A stretch of 64,000 nucleotides of DNA from an uncultured Alphaproteobacteria bacterium (GTDB lineage Bacteria > Pseudomonadota > Alphaproteobacteria > JAJFIK01), in assembly GCA_964612085.1 (NCBI GenBank), contig CAZTCJ010000004.1, forward strand, positions 19,067-83,066, read 5' to 3'. Made by a program: the position numbers and the translations under genes. Position 1 is the stretch's first letter, and each line of letters starts with the position of its first letter. The notes under the pieces are model-generated. The model saw nothing but the letters and a program-made list of their open reading frames with translations, was not told the origin of the DNA and made no database searches. Shown piece after piece: positions 38,894-47,747 of the stretch.

Positions 38894-40000
38894 ATGAGCT
38901 TCGCAACGGAACGACGCCAGGACGTGGCCAATGCCTTACGCGGGCCGACTGTTGCGCTTTCAGTCGTGGCGTTGGCGGCGACGGTGTGGCTGCTCAACTT
39001 CGCCGAGGATGTGCTGATCCCGCTGGCCGTGGCGATCCTGGTCTGGGCGATCATCAATTCGCTCGCCGCCGGGTTCCGCCGGCTCCATGTGGGCGATATC
39101 CGCGCGCCGCACTGGCTGTCGCTGACCTTCGCCGTGGCCATCGTGCTGGCGGCGCTCTACGGCGTCGGCGGCATCATCTCCAACAGCGCCCAGTTGATGG
39201 CGCGCAACGCGCCCGCCTATCAGGCCAATGTGGAGCGCCTGCTCGCGAACCTGGCCGAGCGCTTCGGCATGGAACTCGACCTGTCCCAGCTTCTGGAGCA
39301 GATCAATTTCGGCTCGGTCCTGAGCGATACCGCCCTGATGCTGTCGGCCCTGATCGGCAACGCGGCGGTCATCCTGGTCTTCGTGATCTTTCTGATGGTG
39401 GAGCAGAGCACCTTCGACATGAAGATCGAGACCCTGTTCAAGGACCCCAAGCGCCAGCGCGAGATCAAGGCCCTGTTCGACACCCTGGCCAAGCGCATTC
39501 AGGATTATCTCCGGGTCAAGACCATCATGAGCGTGCTCACGGGCGGCGTGAGTTACGGGGTGCTGCGCTATCTGGAAGTGGATTTCGCGGCGTTCTGGGC
39601 CTTCCTGATCTTTCTGCTGAACTATGTGCCGACCATCGGCTCGACCCTGGGCGTGGTGTTTCCGGCGATCCAGGTGCTGGTGCAGTTCGGCGATCCGGTG
39701 CTGTTCTTTATCGTGGTGGCCGTGCTCGGCCTGATCCCGCAATTCATCATCGGCAATATCATCGAGCCCAAGGTGATGGGCGTGTCGCTCAATTTGAGCC
39801 CGATCGTGATCCTGTTCTCGCTCGCTTTCTGGGGGATCATATGGGGCATCGCGGGCCTGTTCCTCAGCGTGCCGATCATGGTGATCATCATGATCATCTG
39901 CGCCCATTTCGAGCCGAGCCGCTGGCTGGCGATCCTGTTGTCGGGCGACGGCCAGATCGTGGAATATGTCCGGGCCGAGCGGAAGGAGGCGACGTTCTGA
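38894..40000 (+). CDS. AI-2E family transporter (PerM/UPF0118)
   Basis: 8 hydrophobic spans. Conserved YVPTIGS...P and LNLSPIVILFSLAFWGIIWGIAGLFLSVP C-terminal motif. Confidence 0.9.
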   Translation: MSFATERRQDVANALRGPTVALSVVALAATVWLLNFAEDVLIPLAVAILVWAIINSLAAGFRRLHVGDIRAPHWLSLTFAVAIVLAALYGVGGIISNSAQLMARNAPAYQANVERLLANLAERFGMELDLSQLLEQINFGSVLSDTALMLSALIGNAAVILVFVIFLMVEQSTFDMKIETLFKDPKRQREIKALFDTLAKRIQDYLRVKTIMSVLTGGVSYGVLRYLEVDFAAFWAFLIFLLNYVPTIGSTLGVVFPAIQVLVQFGDPVLFFIVVAVLGLIPQFIIGNIIEPKVMGVSLNLSPIVILFSLAFWGIIWGIAGLFLSVPIMVIIMIICAHFEPSRWLAILLSGDGQIVEYVRAERKEATF

Positions 40001-41322
40001 TGGGGTTGCGTCTCTCTCTTGTCATGGCGGTCCTCGCCGCCGGTCTCGCGTTCGCCGCGCCTCAAGCCCATGCCCGCGCGTTCGAACCGGGCCAGACCAT
40101 CGAACTGGTGACGCGGCTCGACGGCGTGCCGTCCTATGCCCGTCCCGGCGCCACGGAACGCGCCGTGCTGTTTCCGTCCGGAGCGCCCGTGGACGTGATC
40201 GCGCGCGATGCCTTCACCGGCTGGCTGCTCGTCTCCGGCAGGCGGCTTGAGGATGGTGCGCCCCATGACGGCTGGGTCGCGCCGGGCCTCATCGCCCCTG
40301 AAACCGTGCCGGAAGCAACTCCTGTTGCAGCCGCCCCGGCCCCTGAGGAAACCTCCCAACCGCCACAGCCCGTCCGCGCCGCCAAGGTAAACGCCCCAAC
40401 GCCACCAGCTCGCAAGAGCCCGCCGGTTCCTCCGACCCCGTCCGTGCCTGCGAGCCGTCCGGTGACGGATCTTGGATGGTGCCCGGAACGGCCCTCGGCC
40501 CAAGCCGAGCCGGAGCGTTTGCGTGTCATGACATGGAATCTGGGCGGGCTGACCGGTGACGATCCGGCTTTCGCGCAACGGGATTACGACCGGATCCGCT
40601 GTTACATCCGCCGCGCCGCGCCGGATGTGCTGGCCGTCCAGAATGTGGCCGATCGCGCGGCGCTCGCCCGCGTGGTGGATGAGGACATCTATGACATCCG
40701 CCTCACGGGCCGCTCCGTGCCGGACGGCGCTCCCGGCAATACGGGCTTCGCGGTCAAGCGCGGCTTGAAGATCACCCAGTCCGCCGAGGCCGAGACACTC
40801 GACGTGACGGGTGAGGGCCGGCTGCCTTATGGAGCCCTGCTCTCCGTGTCCTTCGCGGAAGAAACGGTCACCGTGCTGAGCGTTCATCTGGCGGACGGCT
40901 GCCGGTCCAACAAAGACAAAGGACCGGCATGCGGGATCTTCCAGGATCAGAGCCGCGCGGTGGAGGACTGGATCGACGGGATCATGCATGACTCATCCGG
41001 CGCCGTCCTTCTTGTGGGCACCTTCAACCGGTATCTGGCTGCGCCCAAGGACAGGATCTGGGCCAAGTGGGACGACAAGCGTCCCCGGGACGCCAATCTG
41101 AGCAACCTGACGCGCCTGGTCAAACAGTCCTGCGGCGGGCAGGACACGGACGAAATCATCGATCACGTGATCGCGGACCGCAGCGCCATGGACTTCATCG
41201 ATTTCGACCGGATGGACATCCGGCTTGTGGAATACCGTGCGGAGGACCAGTCCGTGGCGGACAAGCTGCCCGGCCATTGTCCGATCGCCTTGACGCTCAC
41301 GCCACCCGAAGGGTTTTTCTAG
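40000..41322 (+). CDS. secreted SH3-like + endonuclease/exonuclease/phosphatase (EEP) family protein
   Basis: Signal peptide AAPQAHA, SH3b-like segment, Pro-rich linker, EEP N-terminal motif LRVMTWNLGG, and C-terminal ...DHCPIALTL-like (GHCPIALTL). The ATG overlaps the AI-2E stop (TGATG). The upstream part of ORF 38986..41322 is an out-of-frame artefact. Confidence 0.8.
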   Translation: MGLRLSLVMAVLAAGLAFAAPQAHARAFEPGQTIELVTRLDGVPSYARPGATERAVLFPSGAPVDVIARDAFTGWLLVSGRRLEDGAPHDGWVAPGLIAPETVPEATPVAAAPAPEETSQPPQPVRAAKVNAPTPPARKSPPVPPTPSVPASRPVTDLGWCPERPSAQAEPERLRVMTWNLGGLTGDDPAFAQRDYDRIRCYIRRAAPDVLAVQNVADRAALARVVDEDIYDIRLTGRSVPDGAPGNTGFAVKRGLKITQSAEAETLDVTGEGRLPYGALLSVSFAEETVTVLSVHLADGCRSNKDKGPACGIFQDQSRAVEDWIDGIMHDSSGAVLLVGTFNRYLAAPKDRIWAKWDDKRPRDANLSNLTRLVKQSCGGQDTDEIIDHVIADRSAMDFIDFDRMDIRLVEYRAEDQSVADKLPGHCPIALTLTPPEGFF

Positions 41323-42029
41323 GTCTCTGCCTGTGGATTGCGGCCGTAGGAGAGCTGGATGATGACGTTGAGCAGTTCATCTTTGTCCTGGGCGCCCACC
41401 AGCCCGTAGCGGCCGTTGAAGATATAGGTCGGCACGCCCTTGACCCCGAGCTGATAGGCCAGGGTCACGTCCCGCAGGATCCGGTCCTTGTCGGCGTCGC
41501 CGTCCAGCAGATCGGCGATCAGCGAGGTGTTCATGCCGGCCTCGCGGGCAAGGCAGATCAGCACGCCCTTGTCGCCCAGATCGGCGCCTTCCTCGAAATA
41601 AAGCTCGAACAGCCGCTTGATCACGTGACCCTGCACGCCCGCTTCGCTGGCCCACAGGCTGACGCGATGGGCATTCATGGTATTGGGCACGCGCGCGATC
41701 TGGTCGAACTGGAAGGCGATGCCGTCCTTCGCGCCTTCCTTGGCGATGACATCGTAGACCTGCTTGGCGCGGGCCGGATCGCCATGTTTCTCGGCGATAT
41801 ACGCCATCCGGTCGACGCCTTCCGGCGGCAGATTGGGATCGAGGAAAAAGGGCCGCCAGCGTACGGTGACCGGCCAGCCCGGCAGCCAGATATCGACCAC
41901 ATGATCCAGGCGCTTCTTGCCGATATAGCACCAGGGGCAGACCACATCCGACACCACGTCGATGCGCACCGCGTAATCCCCGGGGGGGATTTCGACCTTT
42001 TTCTTGGATTTCTTACCCTTTTTCGCCAT
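41319..42029 (-). CDS. DsbA-family oxidoreductase (FrnE/HCCA-isomerase-like)
   Basis: Thioredoxin-fold CPWC motif (VSDVVCPWCYIGKKRL). Confidence 0.85.
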   Translation of the reverse strand: MAKKGKKSKKKVEIPPGDYAVRIDVVSDVVCPWCYIGKKRLDHVVDIWLPGWPVTVRWRPFFLDPNLPPEGVDRMAYIAEKHGDPARAKQVYDVIAKEGAKDGIAFQFDQIARVPNTMNAHRVSLWASEAGVQGHVIKRLFELYFEEGADLGDKGVLICLAREAGMNTSLIADLLDGDADKDRILRDVTLAYQLGVKGVPTYIFNGRYGLVGAQDKDELLNVIIQLSYGRNPQAET

Positions 42030-42072
42030 GGCCTCTAGCGTAATGGATGCGGAAGGGCAGAACCATCCCGGC

Positions 42073-43440
42073 TTAATAGCGGATGCTGTCCAAGGCTCTG
42101 GTCAACATCTCGCGGGGCGAGTCTTCCTCGCCGCTGACGACGACGGCCGAGCGCGGCACGATTTCGACCACATTGCCTTGCACGCCTTCGAAGGCGGTGG
42201 CGGACAAGGCGCCCACGACCCGGCGCACCGTCTGGGTGGCCGCATCGCGCGGCGTGTTGGGCATGGCGACGGCCACATGGCGGGGCCCGACCCGGGCCTT
42301 GAAATCGCTGGCGCGGGTCAGGCCCGCGACCATGGCGGCGGCATCCCGGAACACGCTGTCGCTCGTCGCGATCAAAGGGCCGTCGCCGCACATGGCCTGG
42401 CCGATCTCGATCACCATCACCGACCAGGCGCGCGGGCTGGCGCGCTGATCTTCCAGGCATTGCATGATGTAGCGCTCGAAGACCTGCGGGTTGCTCAAGC
42501 CGGTCAACGGGTCCGTCAGCGGGCCGGGCTGGGCGGCGTTCAAGGTCGCGCCCAGCGCCTTGCGCATGACGCTTTCGGTCAAGAACGTCCGGATACGGTC
42601 GGCCCAGTCCTCGCCTTCGAGCGGACGGAAGACGATATCGGTCACACCCGCCCTGAGCGCGGTCTGGGTATCCCGCAGGCCCGTGCGCGGCGCCAGGATC
42701 ACCACAGGGGTCGGCACCAGACGCGGATTGCGCCTGAGCGCCGAGACTACAGGCAAAAAGCCCTCCACGCTGTCGCGGGCCGACAGCACCAGCACGTCGA
42801 AGGCATGGCGGCTCAAGTAATCGACCGTCATAGTGGGCGTGAAGGCGCCGACGATCAGAGTGCGGTCATCGGCGAACAGGGATTCCACCGTGGCATATTC
42901 CGGTCCCGGATCGCCCGCGAACAGAATGGTCGCGTCGCGCTTGGCGCAGACCCCAGCCATATCGGCGGGCTGTTCCGGCTCGTGGCCGAGGGCGGAGAAC
43001 ACCGCATGGCGCCGCCGCCATTCGTCCGCCATGGTCTTGACCCGGATCATGGCCGCCAGGCGCAGGCGCACATGGCGTTCGACCGCCGTTTCCTTGATGG
43101 TGGAGGTGGCCTCGAAGGGCGCGCCGTCCGCATAGGCCCGCAGGTTGGGCGGGCGCTGGGCCTGATCGCGGGTGAAATCGGGCTCCAGCAGCAGGAGCGG
43201 CAGGCCCGGCATCTCGTTGCGCCCGCGCAGCAGATCGGTCAGGACCTTGGGGTCGAAGCCCGCTTCCACCAGCGCGCAATCGGCCCGGTAAAGACGCGCC
43301 TGGGCAAGCGCCGTGCCCGGATCGACCAGGACGCTGTCGTAACCGAGGGCGCGCACCATCTGAGACCAGGCGGACGACCGGTCCCGGTCGGTCGAGACAA
43401 TGAGCACGCGCGCTTTCGCATCCATTAGTGGGATCGCCAT
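42073..43440 (-). CDS. PleD/PopA-like REC-REC-GGDEF protein with degenerate active site
   Basis: Two receiver-like modules followed by a GGDEF domain (DPLTGLSN...). The GG(D/E)EF position reads GPRHV, while the RxxD I-site (RASD) sits 5 residues upstream, exactly as in PleD. Start at 43440 or 43452; the 545-aa ORF extension looks spurious. Confidence 0.8.
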   Translation of the reverse strand: MAIPLMDAKARVLIVSTDRDRSSAWSQMVRALGYDSVLVDPGTALAQARLYRADCALVEAGFDPKVLTDLLRGRNEMPGLPLLLLEPDFTRDQAQRPPNLRAYADGAPFEATSTIKETAVERHVRLRLAAMIRVKTMADEWRRRHAVFSALGHEPEQPADMAGVCAKRDATILFAGDPGPEYATVESLFADDRTLIVGAFTPTMTVDYLSRHAFDVLVLSARDSVEGFLPVVSALRRNPRLVPTPVVILAPRTGLRDTQTALRAGVTDIVFRPLEGEDWADRIRTFLTESVMRKALGATLNAAQPGPLTDPLTGLSNPQVFERYIMQCLEDQRASPRAWSVMVIEIGQAMCGDGPLIATSDSVFRDAAAMVAGLTRASDFKARVGPRHVAVAMPNTPRDAATQTVRRVVGALSATAFEGVQGNVVEIVPRSAVVVSGEEDSPREMLTRALDSIRY

Positions 43441-43700
43441 CTCTGCTCCCATAGGCACACTCCGGCCCGGAGCGGCGCTGTGCCGTTCCGGGACATTGTG
43501 CCGAAACACATGAAGCACCGTCCGTTGCCGGACGGCGGCGACCCCTCGATTGGAATTTTCCGCAGGCGGCGCACCTCCCCGGACGCCCGCGCGAATCGTT
43601 CCCATTATGGGCGCAAACAGGCGCGCCTGCCAATGCTTGACGGCGTGGCCAAGCCCCGAAACCATGGTCAGGATGACAGGACCGGCAGCGGGAGCGACGC

Positions 43701-44465
43701 GTGAGTGCATTCCAGACGGATTTAAGCGGATTGACGGCTTTGGTGACAGGGGCTTCGAGCGGGCTGGGCGCGCGCTTTGCCCAGGTGCTGGCCCAAGCCG
43801 GAGCCCGTGTGGCGATCACCGCCCGGCGCGCCGACCGGCTCGGCGATCTGGAGCGCTCGATCCGGGAGGCGGGCGGCACGGCCGCGAGCGTTGCGTTGGA
43901 TGTGACCGATCCCGCGACGATCGCGCCCGCCATCGACCGGGCGGAAGCGGCCTTGGGGCCGGTCCAGATCCTGATCAACAATGCGGGCATGAATATCCAG
44001 TCCTTCGCCACCGATCTGTCGGTTGAGGATTACGACCGGATCATGGACACCAATGTGCGCGGCGCGTTCCTGATGGCCCAGGAGGTCGGCAGGCGGATGA
44101 TCGCGCGGGGCGAGGGTGGGCAGATCGTCAACATCGCGTCCATTGGCGCGGAAAAGGTGCTGCCGGGTCTCGTGGCCTACTGCATGTCCAAAGCGAGCGT
44201 GGCCATGATGACGAAGGCGCTGGCACGGGAATGGGCGCGCCACGGCATCAATGTCAATGCTCTGTGTCCGGGCTATATCACCACGGAGATCAATGCAGAC
44301 TGGTTCAAGAGCGACGGCGGCCAGAAGCAGGTGAAGGGTTTCCCCCGCAAGCGCCTGGGCGTACCGGAGGATCTGGACGGCGCGATCCTGCTCTTGGCTT
44401 CGCCCCAGTCGCGTTTCATGACGGGGTCCATCGTCACCGTGGATGACGGCCAGTCACTGGGATAA
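43701..44465 (+). CDS. SDR-family oxidoreductase
   Basis: TGASSGLG cofactor motif, NNAG, and catalytic YCMSK. GTG start with GGGAG RBS. Confidence 0.9.
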   Translation: MSAFQTDLSGLTALVTGASSGLGARFAQVLAQAGARVAITARRADRLGDLERSIREAGGTAASVALDVTDPATIAPAIDRAEAALGPVQILINNAGMNIQSFATDLSVEDYDRIMDTNVRGAFLMAQEVGRRMIARGEGGQIVNIASIGAEKVLPGLVAYCMSKASVAMMTKALAREWARHGINVNALCPGYITTEINADWFKSDGGQKQVKGFPRKRLGVPEDLDGAILLLASPQSRFMTGSIVTVDDGQSLG

Positions 44466-44478
44466 CAACGATCCGAAA

Positions 44479-44730
44479 TCAGTCGCCGGACGATCCGTCG
44501 CTGTCCCGCTCCATGGACATGATGCCTGTGCCCATGGACAGGCTGCCGAAGGTGATCGCGAACAGAAACATCATCAGAACAAGCGCCAGCCAGTTCGTCT
44601 CGGGCTCGAAGAGAAGCTGGCGCAGATTGGCCACATTCATCGCAATGAGAATGGCGAGCAGGATCCAGCCGATGACGATGCCGAAGGCCAGGTGAATCGC
44701 CAGAAAGCGCAGAAGGGGATTTTTCGGCAT
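44479..44730 (-). CDS. hypothetical small membrane protein (2-3 TM)
   Basis: 83 aa with hydrophobic spans and an acidic tail. No motif recognised. Confidence 0.45.
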   Translation of the reverse strand: MPKNPLLRFLAIHLAFGIVIGWILLAILIAMNVANLRQLLFEPETNWLALVLMMFLFAITFGSLSMGTGIMSMERDSDGSSGD

Positions 44731-44813
44731 GCTTGATCCTCAAATCATGCCTGGACCTTAACCGGACAGGGTGTGTCCTGGCCAGAGAACAGATAGACCA
44801 GGCCACACAACAG

Positions 44814-44838
44814 AAAAGGGCGGCCCTGAGACCGCCCC
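44814..44838 (-). terminator. intrinsic terminator of the bactofilin-like gene
   Basis: Minus strand: GGGCGG-tctcaggg-CCGCCC followed by TTTTCTG. Confidence 0.6.
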
Positions 44839-44867
44839 TTGCCGCCAGTATCGAAACTACGGTCGCG

Positions 44868-46007
44868 TTACACCGCCTCGGCCGGTGTTTGCTTCTTCTG
44901 GAAGATCGCCGCCCCCAGGGCGCCGACACCGGTCAACAGCGCGATGATGGTGATGCCGGAACCGAGCAGCGGCACGGCGGAAAGCACCATCAGCACAATG
45001 AGCGTCACCGCCAGATAAAGGATCTGCTGGCCCTTGGACACGGGCGCGTCCGCGTTGCGCAGCAGCAGGCGGGAAATCCCGATGGCCGCCGCCAGATAGC
45101 CGAAGAACAGCAGGATCGGATAAAGCACCAGCATGATCAGGCCGAAGGGCAGGCCGATAATCGTCGCGATCAGGAAGATCGCCAGCACCGGAATGAACAC
45201 CACGGACAGAAAGCCGAGGCCCAGACTGCGGAACGGATGGGCCGAGAGCGTCGCCACCGCCCGGTCCGTCAGATTGGGGAACAGCACGATCAGGATGATG
45301 CCGCCCAGAAGCGCCCACAGGCCGGAAATGATGCTGCCCGCGATCGACGGCCCGTGATGATAGCCGGGGCCCCAGACCTTGAAGGCCGTGTCCCATTCCG
45401 CCGCGACGCTGGGGCTGTACTCATATTCGTAAGAGCCGTTGACCTTGGATTCGTCGATCTCCGGACGTTCCGGTCCACGGACGATCAGATTGCCGCTGAT
45501 CCGGGCATTGGGACCCAGGCGCAGATCGCGCACATGGGCTTCCACATCGCCGTAAACGAGGCCGGTGATCTCGACATCGCCGCCAGCCACCTCGAAGTCC
45601 TGTTCCGCGATGCCGGCGAAGCGGACCGAGCCGCCTGCCACTTCGATATCGCCGCCGATGACGGAATTGGCGGAGACCTCCACATCGCCACCCGCGACCG
45701 AGACGCCGCGTCCGACCGTAGCGTCGATATCCACATTGCCGCCGATAGCCTTGATGCCGCCGGTCACCGATCCGCTGACGGAGAGATTGCCGCCGACCAT
45801 ATTGATATTGCCGTCCACATTGCCGTCGACCGTGACATTGCCGCCGACCACATTGATGTCGCCGTCGAGATCGCCGGAGAGATCGACACCGCCGCCGATC
45901 CGGGTGATGGCCGAGGCGGGTGCCGCCGCCAGAACCAGTGCGGTCAGTCCGGCCAGCAGGGCCGCGCCCAGGCGTGCCGGTATTCCAATCGTTCGCGTGT
46001 CCGTCAT
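44868..46007 (-). CDS. secreted/periplasmic beta-helix repeat (bactofilin/polymer-forming-like) domain fused to a C-terminal multi-TM domain
   Basis: Signal peptide, then about 10 degenerate repeats GG(N/D)VxVxGxV (GGNVTVDGNVDGNINMVGGNLSVSGSVTGGIKAIGGNVDID...), followed by about 5 hydrophobic spans. Confidence 0.7.
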   Translation of the reverse strand: MTDTRTIGIPARLGAALLAGLTALVLAAAPASAITRIGGGVDLSGDLDGDINVVGGNVTVDGNVDGNINMVGGNLSVSGSVTGGIKAIGGNVDIDATVGRGVSVAGGDVEVSANSVIGGDIEVAGGSVRFAGIAEQDFEVAGGDVEITGLVYGDVEAHVRDLRLGPNARISGNLIVRGPERPEIDESKVNGSYEYEYSPSVAAEWDTAFKVWGPGYHHGPSIAGSIISGLWALLGGIILIVLFPNLTDRAVATLSAHPFRSLGLGFLSVVFIPVLAIFLIATIIGLPFGLIMLVLYPILLFFGYLAAAIGISRLLLRNADAPVSKGQQILYLAVTLIVLMVLSAVPLLGSGITIIALLTGVGALGAAIFQKKQTPAEAV

Positions 46008-46158
46008 GTCAAAACCCCCGTGAAAATCGTGGCCCTTCGGAACGCGCCCCCACGCGCTCGCTCATCATGAGATTATACTATCCCCAGTTGGGTCTGACAC
46101 CCGTACCAAATTGAGATGGGGAATTTGACCGTCTGCGCTTCGCATTTGCGAAAAGCTG

Positions 46159-47703
46159 TCAGGTTCCGTCGGACGGCGCGACGAGGCCGGGCAGGGCGCG
46201 GCGGATCACCTTACCATTGGCGGTGCGGGGCAGGGCCTCGACGAAAACGATTTCGCGCGGGCATTTGTAGGGCGCCAGCCGCTCTCGCGCGAAGCGGGTC
46301 AACTCGTCCGATGTGGGCGGTGTTTCGCCGGCCACGACGAACGCCGCGATCACCGACACGCCATTGCCCACGGAAAGTTCCGTCACGGCCACTTCCGCCA
46401 CCCCCGGATGAGTGTTGAGCGCGGCTTCCACCTCTTCCGGCGACACCCGGTAGCCGAAGGCGTTCATCAGATCGTCGTGGCGGCCGTGGAAGATCACATA
46501 GCCGTCGTCATCGAGAGCGGCGAGATCGCCGCCCACGAACCATTCGCCGCGATAGACCTGGCTTTCCTCCTCCGGACGGTTCCAGTAGCCGAGCATCAGT
46601 CCGGGGTCGGAGCGGTGCACCGCAAGCAGGCCGGTTTCGCCGGGGGGCAGCGGCTCCGGCGGGCCGTCCATGGGCAGAATGGCGATGCGCCGTCCCGCTT
46701 GCGGTTTGCCCGGACTGCCGGGCTTGCGCGGCACGGATGGAGAGGACGAGATATAAGTCGAGCATTCGCTCATGCCCAGGGCCTCGTAAAGCGCCGTGCC
46801 GGTCGCCTGCATCCAGGACTCCGCCAGCGCGTCGTTGAGCGCTTCCCCCGCCGTCAGCCCATGGCGCAGGGAGGCGAGGTCGTGGGCGGAGAGATCGGCA
46901 TATTTCAGGATCTGCCGGTAGAGCGACGGCACGGCGGCGAACAGACTCGCCTTGTACCGCGCGATCAGCAGCGGCCAGACCGCCGGGTCTTTCGGTCCGT
47001 TATAGATCACCGTGGTCGCGCCATTGGCCCAAGGGTCGGTGAGCCCGACGCCCAGCGTATAGGTCCAGTTGAAGGCGCCCGCATGGAGCACGATGTCGTC
47101 GCTGGCGATGCCGTACCAGCCCTGATACATGGGCCGCCGTCCCCAGGCGGAGCGATGGGCGTGCAGCACGCCTTTGGGCAGGCCGCTGGTGCCGGAGGTG
47201 TAAACGAGAAAGGCGGGATCGTCCGTATGGGTCTCGCCATAGGGGGCGGCTGTCGTCCGCGCCTTGAACGCCTCGATATCGGGCTGGCGGATCACCCGCA
47301 CGGGTTCGGGCAGATCCTCAAGCGCCAGGCTGTCGGAGACGGCAAGGGCGGCGGCGCCTGAGTCCTCCAGCATGAAGCGGGCCTCACGCGGCGTCAGTTG
47401 GGCGGAGGTCGGCACCGCGACGAGACCAGCGGCGATGGCGCCGAAAAACATCAACGGATAGTCGCTGGTATTCTCCATGCGGATCATGAGGCGCGCGCCG
47501 GGCTCGAGCCCCAGGCCGGTCAGGCCCGCCGCCACCTTGCGCACCGCCTCGTCCAGCGCCCCATAGGTCCAGCGCTCCTCCGCGTCTGGGGTGCCGCCCG
47601 TATCATGGACCACGATCAGCGCGGTCTTGTGCGCATCGCGGGGCGGTCCGGCTCCAAGGCAATAGCGCGCCAGGTTGAAACGCTGAGGGCAGGGCTCTGT
47701 CAT
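46159..47703 (-). CDS. AMP-dependent acyl-CoA synthetase/ligase
   Basis: AMP-binding motif YTSGTSGLPKGV, GEALNDAL..., and C-terminal PRTANGKV. Confidence 0.9.
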   Translation of the reverse strand: MTEPCPQRFNLARYCLGAGPPRDAHKTALIVVHDTGGTPDAEERWTYGALDEAVRKVAAGLTGLGLEPGARLMIRMENTSDYPLMFFGAIAAGLVAVPTSAQLTPREARFMLEDSGAAALAVSDSLALEDLPEPVRVIRQPDIEAFKARTTAAPYGETHTDDPAFLVYTSGTSGLPKGVLHAHRSAWGRRPMYQGWYGIASDDIVLHAGAFNWTYTLGVGLTDPWANGATTVIYNGPKDPAVWPLLIARYKASLFAAVPSLYRQILKYADLSAHDLASLRHGLTAGEALNDALAESWMQATGTALYEALGMSECSTYISSSPSVPRKPGSPGKPQAGRRIAILPMDGPPEPLPPGETGLLAVHRSDPGLMLGYWNRPEEESQVYRGEWFVGGDLAALDDDGYVIFHGRHDDLMNAFGYRVSPEEVEAALNTHPGVAEVAVTELSVGNGVSVIAAFVVAGETPPTSDELTRFARERLAPYKCPREIVFVEALPRTANGKVIRRALPGLVAPSDGT

Positions 47704-47747
47704 GCTATGGTCCGCTTTTCCATGATCGGGGCTGAAGGATAAAGACT

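Noticed and set aside
38986-39999. N-terminal 338 codons of the 778-aa ORF 38986..41322.
   Set aside because: This part overlaps the AI-2E transporter in another frame and is Arg/Pro/Gly-rich. Protein-like sequence with a signal peptide begins only at ATG 40000.
43441-43710. 90-codon N-terminal extension of the REC-REC-GGDEF ORF.
   Set aside because: The extension is Arg/Ala/Pro-rich and overlaps the divergent SDR gene start. The receiver-like domain begins right after MAIPLMDAKARVLIV, and a GGGAG lies upstream of ATG 43440.
45480-45900. Periodic DNA repeats (ATTGCCGCCGAC-like) that could superficially suggest a repeat array.
   Set aside because: The units are imperfect, contiguous and in frame, and they encode the GGNVxVxG beta-helix repeats of the 379-aa protein. 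There is no spacer/repeat architecture, so this is not CRISPR.
44733-46070. 445-aa plus-strand ORF rich in His/Asp/Arg/Gln, plus 44857..45396 and 44273..44929.
   Set aside because: These are antisense or out of frame relative to the bactofilin-like gene. Their repeat structure merely mirrors the coding repeats of that gene.
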